Part shown: positions 55,601-64,000 of the stretch, piece after piece
Numbering within the stretch: the stretch's first letter is position 1
Layout: each line of letters starts with the position of its first letter
DNA from: Octopus vulgaris
Lineage: Eukaryota
NCBI GenBank assembly: GCA_951406725.2
Contig: OX597821.1
Location: 45,198,001 to 45,262,000, forward strand
DNA length: 64,000 nt
Direction of reading: 5' to 3'
Notes under the pieces: model-generated
What the model was told of the DNA's origin: nothing
The model's input: only the letters and a program-made list of their open reading frames with translations
Database searches by the model: none
Made by a program: the position numbers and the translations under genes

Positions 55601-56694
55601 TAGTATCCGTATCTTCGGGTAGGCTGATCTCCCTTTGCTGGCTGGCAAGGACACCGAGATGGTGTCAGCTCTTCTGGTGACGTCGATGTTCGCCTGGGGC
55701 TAAATGCATCAGTAACACCACCCCGCCCTGACCCTAGCCACATTCAGATGGCTGATCCCTCTTATGTTATATTAGGTGTATATATTAAATATCTCCACTG
55801 TATATAGTTTAATTATTCTGTCTTGCTGTTTAACGTTCGTGAATGTTATTGTATTGATGAGGGAGATATTATTGTTAGGAAAGGGTTACTTACAATTCAC
55901 TAGATTGTATTGAAAATTAATAACTGATATATGTGCGTTTGCTTCAGTAATTAATTTGGTGAGTTTAATTTTAATCGCGCAGTGTTATCTTTCATAATTT
56001 TGATAAATTTACAATAGTCATATAATATATTATTGATTTTGTAATATATTCATATTTCAATAACGGCCATTTTGCTCCTACTATTACATATTACAATTTC
56101 ATCGTTGTGTTTTATTTTCAGATGGTGTGGAAACTTGTTTAAATTTCCTGTTAAGTAACTTTTTCGTTGGTTCGTATCGTTGTTTATTACATCAGTTCTA
56201 GTATATGCCTCGAAGTTTGTTGTCTATTTTTATAGTTTTTATCTCTAAAGTTCTCTTGGGATTGGTAGCATAGCTCTAGTTCGATTTTCGGTTAATAAAC
56301 ACGCATGTATATACATCATCTGCTTGTTTCTACAAGAGCTGTAGCTATTGCAAATATGTAACATCTCACACCCAACCTTTTTCACATTACAGCTCATAAA
56401 TTAAAGCGAGAATTTAATCTAACGAATCAATCTCACTTCAATAACTTTCTATCACTTTCACTGTATTACCATTTTCCCCCTATGTCTTGCTATTTTTCTC
56501 TTCCTATCTTTCATTCACTATTCTCTCTGTACCCCGTCTATCTTCTTTCTCTCTTTCTTTCTCTCTCTCCACACATGTATACACACACTTTCGGAATTTC
56601 TTCACCTGGTCATCTAAAGGGTAGATGTAAAGATACTGTTTTGCAGGCGTATATCTTGACCAGAAAACATGTAAAACACACACGCACACACACA

Positions 56695-56726
<32 letters not shown>

Positions 56727-56908
56727 TGCGCACATACATCATAATGTTCATACAATCATGAGAACACATACATTTATACACAAGAAAATTCCGCGCGTAT
56801 ATTATGTTTTCATCTTTACACAATCTCATTCACGGAGAAGTAGATACGTTTCATAAATATTCATATCAATTATAAAAAATGTATAACCATGTACACGAAC
56901 CAATCTCA

Positions 56909-56909
<1 letters not shown>

Positions 56910-56983
<74 letters not shown>

Positions 56984-57018
56984 GCTGCTGCTGCTTGTTG
57001 TTGTTGTTGTTGTTGTTG

Positions 57019-57080
<62 letters not shown>
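56910..57080. repeat. Compound microsatellite (TTA)(TTG)(CTG)(TTG)(TTA)
   Basis: Directly visible. Confidence 0.95.
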
Positions 57081-57635
57081 GTGTGAGAGAGCAGTGTATG
57101 CCATCAAAGTGACACTGGGGTAAAATATACGAAAGCCCAGTATACCCATCATGACTACCCGTCTGATAAGGGTACACAAGGCACATGCATCACAACCATA
57201 AGTGCGCGACATGGTGATCCCATATCAAGATAAACAGCACATGACCTTGCAGGTGGGGCCCAGTTAGAATTTTCTTCAGGTTGAGTAGCCCATCCCGCTC
57301 AAAAGGTCCCTGAATAAGGGTTGTTTAAGGATGTTGAAAGAACCACCCATGTTTCCAGAGGTGAATTAGTCAAACCCCAAAGAATCCCTCTCAACACATG
57401 GCTATGATGTTCCCCCAACTACTTCTGCTCGTGATCAGAGATGCACATATCGTCAGCCACTAAGGGACATGCTCAACTGGTTAAGGTCAAACAACTGACA
57501 AGCAAATCTGTGGTGTTGAGCAGAATATTTGCTGTAGCCCATCTTTTATACCAAGACAAAACAATGTACATGATAACACTTCCGATCAGTTAAGATCAGA
57601 AGCCATGAGAGCCACTGCCTGGTACTGCATCAGGG

Positions 57636-57638
<3 letters not shown>
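57081..57638 (-). mobile_element. (TAA)n-associated non-autonomous retroelement, apparently full length (about 560 bp)
   Basis: (TTA)n on both sides; no ORF; homologous to the 36217 copy. Confidence 0.8.
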
Positions 57639-57698
<60 letters not shown>

Positions 57699-57949
57699 TG
57701 AGGCGGCGAATGTATAATGGTAAACATTCCATCACCTGCGCATAACTAGTACAGATATGCGTTGGGTCTTCAAAGAAGTTAATGGTCAAAATTATTGGGT
57801 GTAAACGGCTGCACCTGTTCCAGATACGAAAGCAGTGCTGCGATAATGGTCACACAATGTCTTGTAGAGAACCATTAAATGATTAAATATAAAATAATCT
57901 TCTAACCTTGAAAAATAAGGAAATTAGTAGCATCCCGTTTTATATCTAC

Positions 57950-58650
57950 ATTTAGGCTGTCTCCTCCCAACGGATGTTAAAAACGTGTATCCTCAGCACC
58001 AGAAAGACGATAAATACACTACCCCACCAGCAACAAATCCACGTTTAATAAAGGCGTAGAGTACAACAGTGAGGGTTTATCAAGGAAGAATCAACTACTT
58101 AGGGAAAACAAGTAGCAACTGCTATGAAACTAACCGGACGAGAAATGTTATATGCTATAACCCACCATACAACATTTGTCAAAAGTTTAGTGTTACAACA
58201 CATTTTTCTGTTTCTAAGGGGAAGACATTTTCGAACAACCACAAATTTTGCTAGAAACGCTGAAAAGTAAGTTATGACTGCATGAAAAACATGAAATGAC
58301 ATTAAGCATCAGAAGGCAAAAAATATTGCAAGCATATATCGAAAGATGCCGATATTCAATCGCCGAAGTAAAAACGAAAGTCCGTCCCCTAAAAGGCATT
58401 GTATACCATGTCTAAAAAGCGACATTTGTTTACAATGCGCCTTCACATGGTGATGTTTCTATCTGCAATGTACCAACAGACCACAAGGTACAAACAGATC
58501 ATTCTTCAAAAGCCACCTATATCTGCACTACAGTTCATTCCGCAGTCACAACGTTGAGAAGGTTATAGACCTTTTAAAGTATATTTAAGAATCAAAAGAC
58601 GAAGAAGCAATCACATGAATAACAAAAAAGACACAATCATTTAGCAATGA
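57950..58650 (+). mobile_element. Decayed Penelope-like linker/GIY-YIG region
   Basis: NRTRNVICYNPPY (RxxIWFNPPY-like), SYDCMKNMK and PLKG.C remnants. Confidence 0.6.
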
Positions 58651-58736
58651 ATGAAAGTTCTGCAACTTCGTCTTACAGAGAAACACTACATCACTCACTA
58701 TTCTAGTCCAGTCATATATAGAAGAAACTAAATAAT

Positions 58737-58767
<31 letters not shown>

Positions 58768-59167
58768 TGGCTTTTATTTACCGAATTACACGAACGTTTA
58801 TTGCGGAATACATCAGTAGGAGGTGCCGCGTTGATGGATTGAACACATAAGCACATGATTGTGAAGCAACTTTTCTCACCCTTCAGCCAGTTCAGTCATG
58901 AACAAAATGAAACCCATCCAAAAAGAATTTGTTGTAATTATCTCTGCTTTTCCTCAAATTTGAATTTACTCCGAAATTTTCTGTCCGTTATCCTGTATAT
59001 TCCCACCTGATCGAGCTATCTAAAAGGATACTAGGAGCGTACAACTGGTAACCCTTTTATGATCTGTCATTGCTTTTATAAACATTTACTCGTATATACA
59101 TTAATACGTCTATACATATTGCATAGAATAATTAAACACGGACACACATATTTATTGTATACCAGCA

Positions 59168-59227
<60 letters not shown>

Positions 59228-59837
59228 AACAATAGCATTATCATTTAGGATGTCAGTATGTGTAATTCAAGTAATATTTTGACACCAGTTCTTTTTATGA
59301 TGATGATGATGATGATGACGACGACAATGTTGATGAAGATGGTGATGATGATGATGACGATGACGAACTTGAATATCAATCATCTTCTGAACCGTCATCA
59401 TCATCAAACGTGTCCTCCTCCTCTTCCTCCCCCTCATCATCATCCATTTCAATATAATTATTACCGTCATCATTATTTTGAATATGATTTTTTCTTTTGC
59501 TTGCGCTATATCTTTGTCGTCCTCACCACTAACCACGCTGTCCCAGCAGTCGACGCCGCTGCTACCGCAGTCGACTACGGTTTTAATTATTCTAAATTTT
59601 CTATCGCTGGCGATTTATATTGCTTCCATTATTGGTTTTGTTAGTTACTATATTATCAGATATTGCATAAATTAATGTTGTTGTTGCGATGTCTCCGTAA
59701 AATCTGCAGCCAATCTGACATTTTGAGAATCAATATTCCAACTGCCATACTTTTATTGTCAATTTTACAGTGTAGAGTTAGGAAATATATTTCTAAATCT
59801 TACATCATTGTGGTTTAATCGACCGACCGACCTTCTG

Positions 59838-60460
59838 ACCAACCAACCAACCAACCAACCAACCAACCAACCAACCAACCAACCAACCAACCAACCAACC
59901 AACCAACCAACCAACCAACCAACCAACCAACCAACCACCAACCAACCAACCAACCAACCAACCAACCAACCAGTCAACCAACCAACCAACCAACCAACCA
60001 ACCAACCAGCCAGTCAACCAATCAACCAACCAATCAACCAGCCAGTCAGTCAACCAACCAGCCAACCAATCAACCAATCAGCCAGCCGACAAACCAACCA
60101 ACCAACCAACCAACCAACCAGTCAACCGATCAACCAACCAATCAACCAATCAGCCAGCCAACCAACCAGCCAACCAACCAACCAACCAACCAACCAACCA
60201 ACCAACCAACCAACCAACCAACCAACCAACCAACCAACCAACCAACCAACCAATCAACCAGCTAGTCAACCAATCAACCAACCAATCAACCAGCCAGCCA
60301 GTCAACCAACCAACCAACCAACCAACCAACCAACCAACCAACCAACCAACCAACCAACCAACCAGCCAACCAACCAACCAACCAACCAACCAACCAACCA
60401 ACCAACCAACCAACCAACCAGCCAGTCAACCAGCCAACCAACCAGTCAACCAAGCAACCA
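59838..60460. repeat. (CCAA)n microsatellite with variant units
   Basis: Directly visible; the block CAGTCAACCAATCAACCAACCAATCAACCA recurs several times. Confidence 0.97.
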
Positions 60461-61286
60461 ATTACCCAAGTTAGCAAGTAACCAACTAACCAACTGTTTA
60501 ACGAAACACCCAACCGACCCATTAACTAACCACTTAATCAATCAACTATAACTACATCTTTCATAGCATTCAAATGTGATATTTCACTGACTTAATTTGA
60601 AAAAACTCCCACACAATTGATGTTGTTTGTTTATATTTCCAAAGCATACGACAAATAGATAAGCAAATACCTCAAGCCCCAACAGCACCTGCCTGTACTT
60701 ACAGCACTTTCATCATGCAATAAGGCAAAGTTTACAGATGAAAATTCTCAAACCTTCGGTGAAAATATGAAAGGAGCAAAGAAAAGAAATAAATCACTGA
60801 AATTATGACTTGACATAAAACTATGAAAATTGGTGAGGATCAATTTCTTTTAGATTTCTCCCCGAGAACATGACGAAGAAAATGTGAAAACGAAGACAAA
60901 CTATAATTCACCGTTGTTCGGAAATCAAACAGTCACCAGATAAAATTACTCTTCTCTGGCGTCAGAGACTCTCGCAAAAGGTTAGGATGACACAAAACCA
61001 AATAGGTTCCGATCATAGAGTACACGTAAAATATAGATTACTAGTAAAATTAAAATATTATATCGAGTTTAAAAAGAAATATCCTCAAAAAGATTGTATT
61101 TTACAATACCAAATATCTCAAAAGATTCTCAATTGCGGTTTCGGTTGCACAGTTAAGATTCAGGGAACGGGATCGTGGAGCAACCAAATTAACTTAAGTA
61201 GAAAAACTTTCACGTATTTATTTCAATTATATTTTGTTTTAATTATTGTGTTTTTTAATATTTTCTATATTTTCTATAAATATATA

Positions 61287-61615
61287 TTAGCGGTTGGGAG
61301 GCAGTTGCCGGCAACCGTGGAGAATGGCGACGTACCGTAAAAGAGGGAATACAAAGGAGTGACAGAGAGAGAGAGAGAGAGAGAAATGGAAAGAAAGGAA
61401 GAGACGTAAACAAGAGACTATGGCACTACAACCAGCCAGGAACAGTCTTCGCTACATTTGCGGTACCTGCCAGAGGGAGTGTTTGTCCAGGATAGGACTA
61501 CACAGCCACAGCAGGAAATGTATCAGGACATGAAATATAAAAGCCGGACTAGACTACTTCATGCGCAACTCCATTGTCTCCCGAGACAGAAAGGATGCCA
61601 ATACCAATACCAATA
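61287..61615 (+). mobile_element. RTE (BovB-like) LINE 3' end
   Basis: WEAVAGNRGEWRRTVKEG, then YICGTCQRECLSRIGLHSHSRKC zinc knuckle; short tandem tail CCAATA repeated. Confidence 0.8.
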
Positions 61616-62726
61616 TATAAATATATCGTGAAAATACGTGTGTTGTTTAAGTGTATGTACGTGTATATGTTTGTGCATGTATAGACACACACACATATAT
61701 ACTATATATAGTAGTATAATAAACATCAGTCTGAGTTGATAACAGCTGTATAATGAAAAACTGTTTGAGTTAGCAGTAGTATATGGACAACTGCCCTAAT
61801 AGTTAACTTTTGCATAATGAGTAGTTATCTGAATTGTTAAATGTATAATGAACATTTGCATGAATAATGAATAAATGTTTGATGTGTCAAGTTTTCTGTA
61901 ATGTTTTGCTAACTGTTGCATCTAAGATGCTACCTGTACTATAAGGATCAGATTCCTTATTTTCTAGTAAAGTGAATATCGATACTAAATATACTGTTTA
62001 GTCGTCTTTATTGTCCTTTGTATGAACAATGTTAGTATTTATACATTTATAAGAAACTGGAACAGTTCAGTCGATTAGGGCACCCGTAAAGAATATTTAC
62101 ACAGTACAATGTATTAACTCATCTGTAAGAAACAATCATATATTATATTCCGTTAAGTTACTTTTAAAGAACAGTTGTATAACCCATTAAGTCAGCTTTA
62201 AGGAACAGTAATACGATTAGATGTTATCGGACATATTTTTAACATTTTAACATTTGTACAGAAGTCAAAGTCTATAAGAGAACTTTTAATATAGGCGGCC
62301 TATCTCATTGAGCTTTGAGATGCCCAACCTCTTTGATATAGGACATTTCAAAGTAAATAGGTACTGAGCTGTGAATACGCTCTACAAAGAGGTACAGTTT
62401 ACTGATGAAAACATGCGGTACAAATGGCGAGTGATTAATTCACTTGCATTGGTAAGCTGAAGCGTTTTAGTAGGTTTGATTTGATGCATATTTAGACTTC
62501 ATCTGACAAATGAACCCAGATATACTACATAAAAACAGACAGCAGCTGTATAGAAACCCATCTGGAATGTGTTAGCAAGTTTTGTCGTAGATTGCATCAT
62601 GCCGGTTCTCCACGATACACATGAAACAGTGGAATACTCAACCGCGCACACTATGATTCCATTAGTAGATAATTCAGTGATCAAGCAACAAGGATTATCA
62701 TCGTCAGAACTGACTCAAGTTCTAAT

Positions 62727-62769
<43 letters not shown>

Positions 62770-62849
62770 TCTCCATTTATGTGTAATACTAACTTTTAAT
62801 GGTACGTTGTATATTCATAATTGAGGCTAAAACATCTACATCTTACAAC

Positions 62850-63200
62850 GTTTATTATATTGTAATGATTGTTATATTATGATGATTGCCATTTGTAATG
62901 GTTATTATATTCTCATAATTGTTATATTCCAGTGATGGTTATATTATAATGATTGTTATATTGATTGTTATATTCGAGTGATTTAAATTTTAAAGATTGT
63001 TATATTGCAATGATTGTTATATTTAAACAATTGTTTTTTTCCAGCGATTTTTATATTCCCATGATTGTTATTTTCTAATGGCTGTTATATTATAATGATA
63101 TTTATATTGTAATGATTGTTTTATTGTAATGATTGCTATATTGAAATGATTGTCGTAACATAATCCTTGTTCAAGCGATTGTTATATTGCAATGCGTATA
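62850..63200. repeat. 17-bp minisatellite TGATTGTTATATTGTAA
   Basis: About 20 diverged copies. Confidence 0.8.
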
Positions 63201-64000
63201 ATTCAAATTATTTCCCCGTTATAAATTTGTAATCAATTACTGTCTATGTAATAGCACCTGCCAATCTAATTTAGTTGCTACGAAATTCCTTTTCGTTATT
63301 GATTTGTTCCCCACATTTTGTCAGAAGTCAACATTATGTAGAGAAGTTCTACGATAACTCAAGTATCTCCTAAAGAAAGTATTTCTATAGAAATAGTGGC
63401 TGCAAAGTATATAGAAGAATATATATTGATTGTTTCATTATCGCAAATATATGCATAAACATAAAACTACACCGAATTCTATATTAAACTTTTTTTCTGT
63501 CTAACACAGGAACTATGTAGACTTGCTCATACAATATTAATTCCTTTCGCTAAAATTGATTTTAACGGTAAAATTGTATATTAGCTGTTGATATAGCTTG
63601 AAATACTATATTAAAAGCCAACTGTTTTGGAGGGTTATAGAAATGATTTTGGTGATAAATGGAATTTTCTCTATTCTTTTATACTACAGTTCAAAAACGA
63701 GAGGCCAATGTCTGTTTTTCATAACTCGGAGTGACTGTGATAATCTGTATTTCTTAAGGATATTCATACAAAGCTATATCGACTGGGCTGTCGTGAAATA
63801 TTTTTCCCATAGAGACATCGAATGGCATTGACATGACCATCAACGACTCTATAATTTTATATACAAATTATCAGCCCCGTCTTCTCTTAATAAGGACGGG
63901 ATGTATTATTATCCTTGGGATTTAGTCTGTACAGGGTTCGCCGTAAACAATTCCCGGTTGATTTTTAGTCATAATGTTTAGTAAAGGACATAAAAACATA

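Larger units (their letters stand above)
54930..55771 (+). mobile_element. Tandem array of 360-bp hammerhead-containing units (about 2.3 copies); candidate non-LTR retrozyme
   Basis: Sequence at 55021-55290 recurs identically 360 bp later; units differ only at a few bases and a C-rich tract; a hammerhead is present in each full unit. Confidence 0.85.
54330..56340 (-). mobile_element. Decayed Penelope-like element RT, split by the 360-bp array (ends approximate)
   Basis: Minus-strand remnants in the correct order: NDEIVICNSRSKMAVI (about 56090), ITFTNV (about 55840), then across the array VAVSSSLGSILTTL*MVNVEN (about 54800) and RYIDDVFI (about 54700); stops and frameshifts present. Confidence 0.7.

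Noticed and set aside
55096-55743. Short ORFs of 68-93 aa inside the 360-bp units
   Set aside because: No recognisable motifs, non-ATG starts, and one unit variant introduces a stop.
62300-62720. Complex non-repetitive segment, possible exon
   Set aside because: No frame gave a recognisable protein or consistent splice sites.

Overview
AT-rich, microsatellite-saturated animal DNA. The SINE families and repeat content suggest an octopus/coleoid cephalopod (inference). Most of the supplied ORFs are microsatellite artefacts. One intact host gene could be built by hand: a minus-strand short-chain dehydrogenase/reductase with 4 coding exons (SDR9C, RDH16/HSD17B6-like, 331 aa, 48631->41321). The rest is transposon debris: a CR1/L2-group LINE, several (TAA)n-associated R4/Dong-type REL LINE pieces, RTE 3' ends, a CRE/NeSL-type REL tail, mariner and pogo/Tigger fragments, decayed Penelope-like elements, tRNA-derived SINEs (some with clear TSDs), fold-back elements and minisatellites. 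The main discovery is a near-perfect 360-bp tandem array (54930-55771) that interrupts a fossil Penelope RT. Each full unit carries a minimal type I hammerhead ribozyme with a compensatory U3-A8 core, a palindromic stem III and a long rod-like stem I, which makes it a candidate non-LTR retrozyme producing a 360-nt circRNA. Several more minimal hammerhead motifs with C3-G8, G3-C8 and U4C core variants sit in short microsatellite-embedded elements across the window. All folds were done by eye; none has been computed or tested.
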